Shown piece by piece: positions 30,544 through 39,743 of a stretch of DNA of 64,000 nucleotides; the stretch's first letter is position 1, and every line of letters starts with the position of its first letter. The notes beneath the pieces were generated by a model. That model saw only the letters and a program-made list of their open reading frames with translations. It had not been told where the DNA came from and did no database searches. Origin of the DNA: an uncultured Verrucomicrobiae bacterium. Its GTDB lineage: Bacteria; Verrucomicrobiota; Verrucomicrobiia; Chthoniobacterales; JAFAMB01. Location of the stretch: positions 128,001-192,000 of the forward strand of contig CAVXLD010000003.1 in assembly GCA_963762565.1 (NCBI GenBank). The letters run 5' to 3'. The translations under genes were made by a program, and so were the position numbers.

Positions 30544-31698
30544 GTGGTTTGTATAGATAACGCCCGGGTAATTCTCGAGGATCAGGTGCTGCAGTCAGGA
30601 TGGGTGAGCTTTGAGTCTGGTTTCATTGCAGGAATTGGGCAAAGTGCTCCCATCCAGACGGACGAGGATATCGACGCCCGGGGTCTTTTTTTGTCCCCTG
30701 GGTTCATCGATCTCCATATTCATGGTGGACGGGGGTTTGATTTTCTTGACGCAACTCCGGAGGGATTCGCTGACGCGGCCTCATTTCATCTGACTGGCGG
30801 CACCACATCGCTCTGCCCAACCGCAGCCACTGCGACCTACGAGAGGTTCGAGTCCGTGATCTCGCGGTGGCAGCAGGCCCAATCGCTAACCCGTTGCCGG
30901 CTCTTCCCGCTACACTTGGAGGGGCCGCATTTGGCTCGGGGGAAAGCGGGGGCGCAAGATCCCAGCTTGATGAGACCGCCCACTAAGGCCGACACTCAGT
31001 GGGTCCTTACCCGTGCGTCCGCGATCTCTCAGATCACGATAGCGCCGGAGTTACCAAACGCCTTAGAGTTTATTTCGGCAGCCTCTAACGCCGGCATTCG
31101 CATGAGTGCAGGCCACACCGAAGCGACTGGAGAGGAGGTTCAAAAGGCGGTTGAAGCTGGTCTCACGAAGGTGACCCATCTCTTTAATGCGATGTCGTCA
31201 GCTACAAAAAAGGGGATTTTTCGGCAGCCTGGCGTGCTGGAATATGCTTTGGCCGACGAGAGCCTGTTTTGCGAGTTGGTTGCCGATGGGTTTCACGTTC
31301 TGCCCACGCTCACGCGGATGGCGTACAACGCAAAAGGACCCGATCGAATTGCGTTGATTACCGACGCATTGGCTGGGGCAGGGCTGCCGGTTGGCTATGA
31401 ATTCCGCCTGGGCCGCCTCGACTGCAAAGTCAGTGACGGCTTCGGGATGCTGGCGGATGGATCCGCCTTGGCCGGAAGCCTGGCGCGAACCATCGATCTG
31501 GTCCGATTTATGGTGCAAGTGGTCGGTCTTCCGCTGTTCGAAGTGGTTCGGATGGCGAGCCTGACTCCCGCTCGGGTCCTGGGTAAGGAAAAGCTGTTCG
31601 GCTCTATCGCTAGAGCGAAAAACGCTGATTTAGTCCTGTTCGATGACGAGTTCAAAGTACACGGGGTCTGGGTCGGCGGGAAACGGGTGGTTGGATAG
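30544..31698 (+). CDS. nagA: N-acetylglucosamine-6-phosphate deacetylase
   Basis: PGFIDLHIHG, HLEGP, GHT, THLFNAM, ADGFH, ITDA, LAGS. Confidence 0.93.
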   Translation: MVCIDNARVILEDQVLQSGWVSFESGFIAGIGQSAPIQTDEDIDARGLFLSPGFIDLHIHGGRGFDFLDATPEGFADAASFHLTGGTTSLCPTAATATYERFESVISRWQQAQSLTRCRLFPLHLEGPHLARGKAGAQDPSLMRPPTKADTQWVLTRASAISQITIAPELPNALEFISAASNAGIRMSAGHTEATGEEVQKAVEAGLTKVTHLFNAMSSATKKGIFRQPGVLEYALADESLFCELVADGFHVLPTLTRMAYNAKGPDRIALITDALAGAGLPVGYEFRLGRLDCKVSDGFGMLADGSALAGSLARTIDLVRFMVQVVGLPLFEVVRMASLTPARVLGKEKLFGSIARAKNADLVLFDDEFKVHGVWVGGKRVVG

Positions 31699-31707
31699 CG
31701 GTTGGCT

Positions 31708-32290
31708 GTCGTCCTCGTCCTTCCGCCTTCGCCGACTCCTTATTGAGGAGCGCGCCTCGCTTGCGAGGCCGACGTAGAGCGGGTGGCGATATAGAGAGTG
31801 GGCTATGGCGGACAAAGCTGTCCTCGAAAAGACGTGCCGCGTTGATCCTCCGAGCGTGTCCGCGAAGCCGCGACCTGGAGGGGAGCCGCTTTGTAAGATG
31901 GCAGGTCTAGATTGTTGGCAGCCACCGAAAGCCTTCGGGGTTAGACAGGCGGCTCCCGGGAATAACCCAGCGTACCATTTGTACCCAACGCTACCTGACC
32001 GTTGCCCGTCCAAATCGCTGCAAAGCCTGGAGCCGTTCCCGGGAGCCGCTTGCTGCGAACGGATAGACCTAGCGACCTACAAAGCGGCTCCCCTCCACGG
32101 CGCTCGGTTTTTCATTGTCAAGGGGCTGGATTACGTTGGGGGCGTGCAACCGTTTTTTCGAGGACAGCTTGTCCGCCATAGCCGGCTCTCTGTATCGCTA
32201 CCCGCGCTACGTCGGCCTCGCAAGCGAGGCGCGCTCCACAATAAGGAGTCGGCGAAGGCGGAAGGACGACGACGAGCACGAGGACGATTT
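31708..32290. repeat. About 580-bp multilayer foldback (E/C/D arms, F core)
   Basis: Arms about 31708-31830 and 32155-32275 are near-perfect inverted repeats; inner tggaggggagccgctttgta/tacaaagcggctcccctcca pair. Confidence 0.85.
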
Positions 32291-32317
32291 CGGCCTTTTA
32301 CGGGCCTTAAAACCTCC

Positions 32318-32350
32318 TGACATAGGGTTGTCATGGCTGCGTGATAGCCT
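32318..32350 (+). promoter_or_regulatory. Candidate WYL-activated promoter
   Basis: TGACA-N6-TGTCAT-N10-TAGCCT. Confidence 0.6.
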
Positions 32351-32419
32351 GCTTCTGTTGTTGATTGGGCCAGTCGTGCCGATCAGCCCAATTCGAAAAA
32401 CTGAACCAACAGGAGCTAC

Positions 32420-32815
32420 ATGACTACTATCACCAGATCAGGGGTATTTGAAGGTCGGAAGGCGTATCTAAAGGAACCGCGGATCGGTTCGTCGCTTTGC
32501 GTTACCGATTTCTTGTCCGTACGCGATCGGCGGATCGCTCAAATCGATGAGAGCCCGAGAGCGCGCGAAAATGAGTTGGCGATGCTCAGAGCCGCGAGTC
32601 AGCGAAGGAACCGGGCAGAGGTACTTGGCCCGCTAGAGCGGTTTGCTTATTCGCTGATTTCCGCTGCCGCCCTAACCGTCGTCTTGGTTGGGATTGTAAG
32701 CCTGGGAGATTCCTCTCGGAGGGGTGCTGGCTTTGCCCCTTCAGCTCAGGCGGCCAATGAAGTGCTCAGTGCGTATACCCGCCAATCTGCTGCAGACCAG
32801 ACTCGTCCAAACTAA
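32420..32815 (+). CDS. Hypothetical single-pass membrane protein
   Basis: caggag RBS; TM YSLISAAALTVVLVGIVSL; immediately upstream of the WYL gene. Confidence 0.7.
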   Translation: MTTITRSGVFEGRKAYLKEPRIGSSLCVTDFLSVRDRRIAQIDESPRARENELAMLRAASQRRNRAEVLGPLERFAYSLISAAALTVVLVGIVSLGDSSRRGAGFAPSAQAANEVLSAYTRQSAADQTRPN

Positions 32816-32837
32816 AAAAGAAGTTAAGTTATGACGA

Positions 32838-33782
32838 GTGAATCGCATCGACAGACTGGTCGCTATCCTGATCCATCTCCAAGGGCGCAGGGTGACCCGC
32901 GCCGAGGATATTGCCGATGAGTTTGCCACCAGTATTCGGACGGTTTATCGGGACATTGCCGCTTTGGCGGAAGCGGGTGTCCCGATCGTCGGTGAGGCCG
33001 GCGTCGGGTACAGCATCGTAAGAGGGTATCATCTTCCACCTGTGCATTTCACTACCGAAGAAGCGACCGCACTGATCACAGCCAATCTGCTGATGGATCG
33101 CTTCGCCGACAAGTCGTTGATGTCGCCGATGGGTTCTGCTTTGGCGAAGATCCGAGCCGTTTTGCCGCCGGATCATCAGGACCATATCACTCGGCTCGAG
33201 AGCCGGATGTCGCTGCCGACCAGTCCGCGGCCTACGCGGTCAGCCAGTCTCTTCGCCATCCAAAAGGCCTTGGCCGAACGCACCGTGTTGCGAATTTCTT
33301 ATTGTGGCGCCGGCAAGGCCGAATCTTTCCCACGCCAGATCGAACCCATGGGGCTGACCTACTATGGAGATCGCTGGCATTTGATTGCTTGGTGCCGCAT
33401 GCGCAAGGATTATAGGGATTTCCGGACAGACCGAATTCAGGAGCTAGCGGTTGTGCCTGAACGCTTCGAACCGCGCACGAACTTTTCGCTCGACGAATTC
33501 CTGCAGCGATCGGACCAGACAAGGACGACGGTAACAGCCGTAATCCGAGTCGACGCAGTGACTGCCGAGCGGGTTCGTAAGGAAGCGCCATTCAAGATTG
33601 TGCGAGAAGCGCGCGCGGAAAATGACGTCACCTTCGTGATCGAGGCTGGTAACTGGGATTGGTATATGGGCTGGTTTCTCTCGTTTGGATCTCGCGTTAC
33701 GATCATCGAACCGGATGCGTTCCGCGTGCGGTTGTTTGAGGTAGCACAGGCGACTGCGAACCATCACGGCGGGGCGGTGTGA
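32838..33782 (+). CDS. HTH-WYL-WCX transcriptional regulator (YafY/PafB-like)
   Basis: RIDRL, SIRTVYRDI, EPMGL....WHLIAWC..R...R.FRTDRI, C-terminal WFLSFG...IEP. Confidence 0.93.
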   Translation: MNRIDRLVAILIHLQGRRVTRAEDIADEFATSIRTVYRDIAALAEAGVPIVGEAGVGYSIVRGYHLPPVHFTTEEATALITANLLMDRFADKSLMSPMGSALAKIRAVLPPDHQDHITRLESRMSLPTSPRPTRSASLFAIQKALAERTVLRISYCGAGKAESFPRQIEPMGLTYYGDRWHLIAWCRMRKDYRDFRTDRIQELAVVPERFEPRTNFSLDEFLQRSDQTRTTVTAVIRVDAVTAERVRKEAPFKIVREARAENDVTFVIEAGNWDWYMGWFLSFGSRVTIIEPDAFRVRLFEVAQATANHHGGAV

Positions 33783-33783
33783 A

Positions 33784-33903
33784 GGGAGGGCGCGCGTCCT
33801 CGCGCGCTGGAAACGGGGTGCAACATATTAGGCGTCGATTAACCCTGGGTTCGGAAGACGCTCGGCTTCGCGAACCACTGATCGCGAGGGCGCGATCCCT
33901 CCC
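33784..33903 (+). repeat. Family A element between convergent genes
   Basis: Family A termini; internal sequence shared with 18794 and the 35870 array. Confidence 0.85.
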
Positions 33904-34802
33904 TACGCGCGCCGGGCGAGGAAATAGACACCCAGGTTCACCGCGACAAAGACGAATGCATATCCGGCGGCGAGCCAGCAGAGAACTCGCTTTACTGCGG
34001 CATCAGCTGACTCGTTAACCAGCCTGGCGGGAACGCTGACAATTTGGGCTCCGACAATATCGTTAAGCTTCCAACCAAAACCGTTATCTTTTCCGTAGAT
34101 CTTGGTCATTTCGTGCGGGGCATCCTCGGCGTTACCGTGGCAAGCGAGACAGCTCTGACTATCGACGCGGATCGGCGCGCTATAATAGAGTGATGGACCC
34201 TCAGGAGTGTCCCGATAACCAACGACCTCAGTTTTAGAAGGTGTCTTGTTAAAGATATTCACTATGTCAGCCTCCCAGGCCACAGTCCTATCGCGCGGGT
34301 TGGTTGGGTTAAGCGTTGCTTCTTTATAGGAATAATCAGGATATCGTTTTCGGAAGTAATTGAAGGCTTCGGTTGCGGCGTAAAATGGAATCGATTGGGC
34401 AGCAAACTCTGGCTCCTGGACACTGCGAGGTTGTTGTTTAACGTTTTGCACGATTTGCTCTGAAAGGACCTGGAGAGTCTGTCTCTCCTTTGCGTTGGAA
34501 AGCCCGGAAATCGCTTGTTGTAAGGCCTGTGGGAACTGCGTGTTGAGGACCTCATTCAGGGTTTTTACCCCCTCAGCAACTCTGGCTTCCTCGTGGGTCA
34601 ACAGAGGTTCGATTTGCTCGGTCGTATACACGCGTGAAGCCTTGGCGGTTTCCATCATGAGCTGAGCATTTTCAAGCACCTGCTGTTCGGCGAGTTGACG
34701 GAACTCTCTCTGGACGAAATAGGCGGTTGCACCAAGACAAAGGACCAAAACCGGAATGAAACCCGCGTTAAATATTAGTACCCGTGGCAAGCTCGTGGTC
34801 AC
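33903..34802 (-). CDS. DUF3365 / Tll0287-like c-type heme sensor domain membrane protein
   Basis: YKEATLNPTNPRDR, CLACH heme motif, YGKDNGFGWKLNDIVGAQIVSVP, flanking TMs. Confidence 0.88.
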   Translation of the reverse strand: MTTSLPRVLIFNAGFIPVLVLCLGATAYFVQREFRQLAEQQVLENAQLMMETAKASRVYTTEQIEPLLTHEEARVAEGVKTLNEVLNTQFPQALQQAISGLSNAKERQTLQVLSEQIVQNVKQQPRSVQEPEFAAQSIPFYAATEAFNYFRKRYPDYSYKEATLNPTNPRDRTVAWEADIVNIFNKTPSKTEVVGYRDTPEGPSLYYSAPIRVDSQSCLACHGNAEDAPHEMTKIYGKDNGFGWKLNDIVGAQIVSVPARLVNESADAAVKRVLCWLAAGYAFVFVAVNLGVYFLARRA

Positions 34803-34924
34803 ATCTGTTAGGTCCCTTCACGAAGCAAAAAGATCAAGATTGATCTTTTAACATTACCGCCATCGCAAATGTCGATGGGATTTTCGGGCGATCCAGAATA
34901 GGGTAACTCTGCAAGGATATAGCA

Positions 34925-35764
34925 ATGGACCAAATATCAGCTCAGAACACAGGGAAGGGGTTCTCGTTTCGCTTGGCCGCAGTTGACTTGGACGGGACTT
35001 TGCTTGGACCGGACAAACAGGTTGGGCCTGAGAACGCGGCAGCGGTTCGACGGCTACGGGACCGCGGGGTAGTCGTGATCATCGCATCTGGTCGCCGCCA
35101 TCAGAACAGTGTTCGTTTCCAGCGGGAATTGGGACTGACCGGCCCGATTATTGCATGCCAGGGCGGCCTGATTCGAGACGGGGAAAGCGGGAATGTGGTT
35201 GAAGCTCATTTCCTGCCTCAGAGCGTGACCCGTCAGATTCTCAGCGATGCGGAGAAGAACGACATTCAGACGATCTATTATCACCTGGACCACTTATACG
35301 TTGCCGAGCGTCATAATCGTTGGATTGATCTCTACGAGTCGCGGGTCGGTGAGCGAGCCGAGATTTTGCCGGCTCTGGAGCAACTGGACGGTCGTAGGGC
35401 GCTAAAGCTTGTTTGGTATGGAGACCCGCTCCTCCTAGTCAAGATTAGGCCCGAAATGTCGGCCCATTATTCGGACAAAGTGGACGTCCTTGCAACCGAG
35501 AAGGAGAACCTGGAGTTCATGCCTCGGGGAATCAGTAAGGCGACAGCCCTGGCCAAAGTGGCGGCCGAGTATGGGGTCCGCCAGGAAGAAGTTTTGGCGT
35601 TCGGTGACGGAGAAAATGATGTCGCAATGCTGACTTGGGCAGGGCTAGGTGTTGCTATGGGGCACGGTAACCAAGCCGCCATTAAAGCCGCGAAACGGGT
35701 GAGTCCACCCGGTCCACCGGCGAGCGCGTTCGCGCGCGCGGTGGATGCGTTGTTCGACTGTTAA
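34925..35764 (+). CDS. Cof-type HAD-IIB hydrolase
   Basis: DLDGTLL, ASGR, SKA, FGDGENDVAML. Confidence 0.93.
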   Translation: MDQISAQNTGKGFSFRLAAVDLDGTLLGPDKQVGPENAAAVRRLRDRGVVVIIASGRRHQNSVRFQRELGLTGPIIACQGGLIRDGESGNVVEAHFLPQSVTRQILSDAEKNDIQTIYYHLDHLYVAERHNRWIDLYESRVGERAEILPALEQLDGRRALKLVWYGDPLLLVKIRPEMSAHYSDKVDVLATEKENLEFMPRGISKATALAKVAAEYGVRQEEVLAFGDGENDVAMLTWAGLGVAMGHGNQAAIKAAKRVSPPGPPASAFARAVDALFDC

Positions 35765-35807
35765 TAAACAGAGCGTGTTGCTTCACCCAGTCGGAGGGGA
35801 GCCGCAT

Positions 35808-36289
35808 GGCTTTGCGAACGACGGATCGCGAGGACGCGATCCCTCCCTTGCGCGGCATCGCCCAAGACCGGGAGGGCGCGCGTCCTCGCGCGCTGGGAAG
35901 GCGGTGCAACATAAGAGGCGTCGATTAACCCTGGGTTTGGAACACGCTGGGCTTTGCGAACGGCGGATCGCGAGGACGCGGTCCCTCCGTTGCGCGGCGG
36001 CGCCGAAACCCGGGAGGGCGCGCGTCCTCGCGCGCTGGGAAGGCGGTGCAACAAATGAGGCCTCGATTAACCCTGGGTTTGGAACACGCTGGGCTTTGCG
36101 AACGGCGGATCGCGAGGACGCGATCCCTCCCTTGCGTGGCATCGCCCAAGACCGGGAGGGCGCGCGTCCTCGCGCGCTGGGAAGGCGGTGCAACATAAGA
36201 GGCGTCGATTAACCCTGGGTTTGGAACACGCTGGGGTTTGCGAACGGCGGATCGCGAGGACGCGATCCCTCCCTTGCGCGGCATCGCCC
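35808..36289 (+). repeat. Tandem array of family A units, 142-bp period (3 full units plus a partial)
   Basis: GGGAGGGCGCGCGTCCTCGCGCGC at 35870, 36012 and 36154. Confidence 0.95.
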
Positions 36290-36316
36290 TCAATGGCCTT
36301 TTTCTTGACGAGTTGA

Positions 36317-36332
36317 TTCTACTATAATAGAA
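36317..36332. promoter_or_regulatory. Putative autoregulatory operator of the XRE-cupin gene
   Basis: TTCTACTATAATAGAA near-palindrome downstream of TTGACG (36305). Confidence 0.5.
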
Positions 36333-36337
36333 ATAAA

Positions 36338-36931
36338 TTGCATATCGGAAACAAGACAGTGAAAGCTAATCAGCCCGGAATTGAGCAGAGGATCGCCGCC
36401 CAGTTGAAGCAGCGTCGCCTGGCTAACGGGCTCTCTCTGGCGGATTTAGCGGAACGATCCGGTGTTAGCCGGGCCATGATCTCGAAAGTAGAACGCTCTG
36501 CTGCCAGCCCGACGGCTGCTCTGCTGGGGCGCCTTTGTAATGGGCTCGGTCTGACGCTCTCCTCTTTAATCGCCAATGCCGAAGAATCGGCTTCGCCGCT
36601 GGTTAGAGCCAAAGACCAAACCCGCTGGCAAGATCCTGCCACCGGGCTGATCAGAACGATGATTTCGCCTGATCTGGCGAATTCGCCGGTTGAGATCGTT
36701 CGTATCGATCTCCCTCCAGGCGCCAGCGTGAGTTACGATCCTCAACGTTATTTACGTTATGACCAGCACGTTGTGCCTATCAAAGGCCACCTCCATCTGG
36801 GCGTTGGGGACAAAGAATATCAGCTAGGAACCTGGGACTGTCTGTTAATGCCGACGAATTTAACCCTCCACTTCCATAATAGAGGACCGGTTAGCTGCCG
36901 CTATCTGGTCATTGTGAAAAAAGCGACATGA
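36338..36931 (+). CDS. XRE family HTH regulator with cupin domain
   Basis: LSLADLAERSGVSRAMISKVER..SPTAALLGRL; C-terminal cupin. Confidence 0.92.
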   Translation: MHIGNKTVKANQPGIEQRIAAQLKQRRLANGLSLADLAERSGVSRAMISKVERSAASPTAALLGRLCNGLGLTLSSLIANAEESASPLVRAKDQTRWQDPATGLIRTMISPDLANSPVEIVRIDLPPGASVSYDPQRYLRYDQHVVPIKGHLHLGVGDKEYQLGTWDCLLMPTNLTLHFHNRGPVSCRYLVIVKKAT

Positions 36932-37428
36932 AAATAGAAATCCGGCCCGCGGAGACCAATGATTTGGATGCGATGCTCGCCATCTACAACGACGCGATTA
37001 TCAACACAACGGCTGTGTATGATTATCAGCCGCGAACAAGCGATGCGCAGCGGCAATGGTTCGAAACTAAGCGGGCACAAAGCTTACCGATTTTTGTCGC
37101 CCATGATGGCGCCAGGATAATCGGGTTCGGTTCTTTTGGACCGTTTCGTCCCTGGCCGGCCTATCAGTACACAGTTGAAAACTCGCTTTACGTCGATTCT
37201 GGTTACCGGCGAAAGGGCGCCGGGACGGCGTTGCTAGGATCGCTCCTAAGCGCGGCTCAGGCGGCGGGCTACCACGCCATGGTGGCTGGAATCGATGCTA
37301 CCAATGAAGCGAGTCTCGCTCTCCACCGAAAGGCCGGTTTCGATCCAATCGCTCACTTTCGTGAGATCGGTTGGAAGTTCGAACGCTGGCTGGATTTGGT
37401 GTTTATGGAGAAGATTTTGAGCCCGTAA
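36928..37428 (+). CDS. GNAT acetyltransferase (phosphinothricin/methionine-sulfoximine acetyltransferase-like)
   Basis: IYNDAIINTTA, YTVENSLYV, RRKGAG, NEASLALH, KFERWLD; overlaps the upstream stop. Confidence 0.92.
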   Translation: MKIEIRPAETNDLDAMLAIYNDAIINTTAVYDYQPRTSDAQRQWFETKRAQSLPIFVAHDGARIIGFGSFGPFRPWPAYQYTVENSLYVDSGYRRKGAGTALLGSLLSAAQAAGYHAMVAGIDATNEASLALHRKAGFDPIAHFREIGWKFERWLDLVFMEKILSP

Positions 37429-37692
37429 CCGCGACCACCCAATCGTTTACATGCGAGATGAATTTGAGGATGCGATGGGCGGTGGTTAGCGCTGGGTTAC
37501 TCCCGGGAGGCGCCTGCTAGATACTCAAAGAGCTGCCAGCCGGTAAAGCGCCTCCCCTCCACTGTCGCCGGGTTTCTGCCGCATTTGCTATCTGCTATTT
37601 GCTATTTGTCATTGCCCGCGTTGCGGGTCGCCTCGCCCCACCAAAGAGGCGGCGATCCGCCCTACAAATCACTTGTCACCAATCACCTCTCA

Positions 37693-38676
37693 CTAAACTT
37701 GTTTCCACGGTTCCGGGACCCATTCAAAGCCTTGATCTTTCTTGCGGATATGGCCGATGCCGGGGAAGGGGAGGTGATAACCAATTACCCTGGTGCGCGC
37801 CGCAGCTAGCTTTTCGAAGACGCTTTTGCGGGTTGCAGCTGCCTGCTCAGGATCGGAGTCAACCCCAATGGTCCAGTCCGGATTATGAAACATAATGACG
37901 TAGTTATGGGCGAGGTCGACGATATGAACCAGCTCGTCGTCACCGGATTGGATATGGAGGATGGTATGACCGGCGGTATGGCCAGGCGCCAATTCTGTCG
38001 TGACACCTTCTACTATTTCGTTTCCGGCCTGAAACTTGTGGAATCGGGATTCGAGTGTTAACAAGGTATCTTGAGCACGCTGAGCATACAGTTTTCTATC
38101 TTCCTCTTTCATTAAAGTCTTGGAGAGGTCCGGCTCTTTCTGGATCCAGAAGTCCCACTCCGTTTCGTTGATGAAATGTTGGGCCGATGGAAAGACCGGT
38201 TTGTTGTCGGTGCCGAGCAATCCCCCGTGATGATCCGGGTGAACATGCGATAATAGAACCGCTGTGATTTGATTGGGACGATAACCGGCAACGGCGAGCT
38301 GGGCTAACAAGTGACCAGCAGTGGTGGGCAACAACTTTCCGAACCCGGTGTCGCAGAGCAGTACATCTTTTCCGTTATCGATCAGAACCACATTGTAGTA
38401 GTTCAGAACATGGTCGGTCGGCAGAAAATCGGCTTCCAGAGCGGAATTGAGTTCATCAGGGGTCGCCTCCGACGCCCAGAAAGGCTGGACTGGTTGAAAA
38501 ATCTTATAGCCGTCGTTGAAAACCGTGAGCTGGAAGTCGCCGACATTGAATCGGTAATAACCTGGGTTGGACCGGTTCGGTATCATCGCCGCTTCTGCCC
38601 GGGACTGTAGGCCGATGGCGGCTGCGCCGAGGCCGAGCAAGCCGATCGCGTGTCTTCGCGAGAGATTGGGATTCAT
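37693..38676 (-). CDS. Tat-exported metallo-beta-lactamase fold hydrolase
   Basis: LSRRH twin-arginine signal; SHVHPDHHGG, APGHTAGH, GYHLPFPGIG. Confidence 0.92.
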   Translation of the reverse strand: MNPNLSRRHAIGLLGLGAAAIGLQSRAEAAMIPNRSNPGYYRFNVGDFQLTVFNDGYKIFQPVQPFWASEATPDELNSALEADFLPTDHVLNYYNVVLIDNGKDVLLCDTGFGKLLPTTAGHLLAQLAVAGYRPNQITAVLLSHVHPDHHGGLLGTDNKPVFPSAQHFINETEWDFWIQKEPDLSKTLMKEEDRKLYAQRAQDTLLTLESRFHKFQAGNEIVEGVTTELAPGHTAGHTILHIQSGDDELVHIVDLAHNYVIMFHNPDWTIGVDSDPEQAAATRKSVFEKLAAARTRVIGYHLPFPGIGHIRKKDQGFEWVPEPWKQV

Positions 38677-38761
38677 AGCGTATTAGGGGCTAAAACGAAT
38701 TTGGGTGACGCGTTGTGGGAGTCAACGGGAAAACGGGGGGCGCGGAGTGATGGAGTGGTGC

Positions 38762-38939
38762 GGGAGGGCGCGCGTCCCCGCGCGCCGCGAACAGGTCTGC
38801 ATGGTGGATACACGCAAACGCTCGCACTGGTCTGTCCTGGGCTCTCCGAACCGCGGATCGCGAGGATCCGACTTCGCCAAAGCTAGGAGAAAAGAAGCCC
38901 CAAACCGAAGGCTATGTCGGACAGGCTGCGATCCCTCCC
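38762..38939 (+). repeat. Family A element with nested family C insertion
   Basis: ggatcgcgagga[tccgacttcgcc...ggctatgtcggacaggct]gcgatccctccc. Confidence 0.85.
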
Positions 38940-38987
38940 GTCGATGGGCCCGTGTTCATCGGGCGACGAGAACGAAGGTGGTCTCTT

Positions 38988-39563
38988 TCAGGCCTCCCCA
39001 ATTCGCTCCCAAATCCCTTCGTAACGAACGGTGAGCCCAGTCTCATCGACATCGATTAGGGCGGTAAAACCACTGGCGAGGCTCCGGTAGCGATAGGTCC
39101 GGTCGGACAAACGTTCATAAGACTGGCGGGCGTAGACTATCTCTAGCGACGGGAACCGAATCCACGCGGCGGCGATTTCTTCCGATTGGCCGACAGCGAG
39201 GTTAAGGCGCTTGATGGGTAAACTATTCGTGATCGGTGACAGCTCAAGGTCAACGTCGAGGCAGCCGGTCAAGGTGTCGATAGCACCCGAGCCATGGACA
39301 CTCCAATTGCTATCGCTGTCCACGGAGAGCGACAAAGCCGACCGTTCTAGACCAAGACGTTGTTCGATTGAGACGGTTCGGGTCCGCCAATCGGCGTCGC
39401 ATTCGATCCGGTAATGAACCTCTAACGGAGCGTTCTCATGGATGGCGACAATTGTGCCGGTCAACTCGACGCCCAAAGTCAATCCCCGGGCGACAGCATA
39501 CTCGAGGCTGTTATTGTCCATGATCCGCCGCCAGCAAAGCGCGCGATCAGTTAATGCCGTCAT
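38988..39563 (-). CDS. Putative glycolipid-binding domain protein
   Basis: YRIECDADWRT, GCLDVDLELSPITNSLPIKRL, QSYERL, VDETG. Confidence 0.85.
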   Translation of the reverse strand: MTALTDRALCWRRIMDNNSLEYAVARGLTLGVELTGTIVAIHENAPLEVHYRIECDADWRTRTVSIEQRLGLERSALSLSVDSDSNWSVHGSGAIDTLTGCLDVDLELSPITNSLPIKRLNLAVGQSEEIAAAWIRFPSLEIVYARQSYERLSDRTYRYRSLASGFTALIDVDETGLTVRYEGIWERIGEA

Positions 39564-39743
39564 GGCTAGTTATTATCGTCGTTGTCGGTTTTCTTGCGAA
39601 AAGCAGTCCTTCAGGATAAACCGCGACGATTTATACAAGGTACAAGGAAAAGAACAAGCCTAAAACCGATTGCAAAAAATCCTTGAAAATCCCAGATCTG
39701 CCTCGCTATTGAATCCAAACAAGCAACCGGAGAACTCCATATT

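Noticed and set aside
28498..32423. Apparent family of small ORFs containing WSAPRLRGR, VGLASEARST or GRARVPAR
   Set aside because: These are translations of the intergenic repeats A, C, D and E in various frames, not proteins
35808..36289. CRISPR array
   Set aside because: Units are 142-bp near-identical tandem copies with no unique spacers, and no cas genes are present
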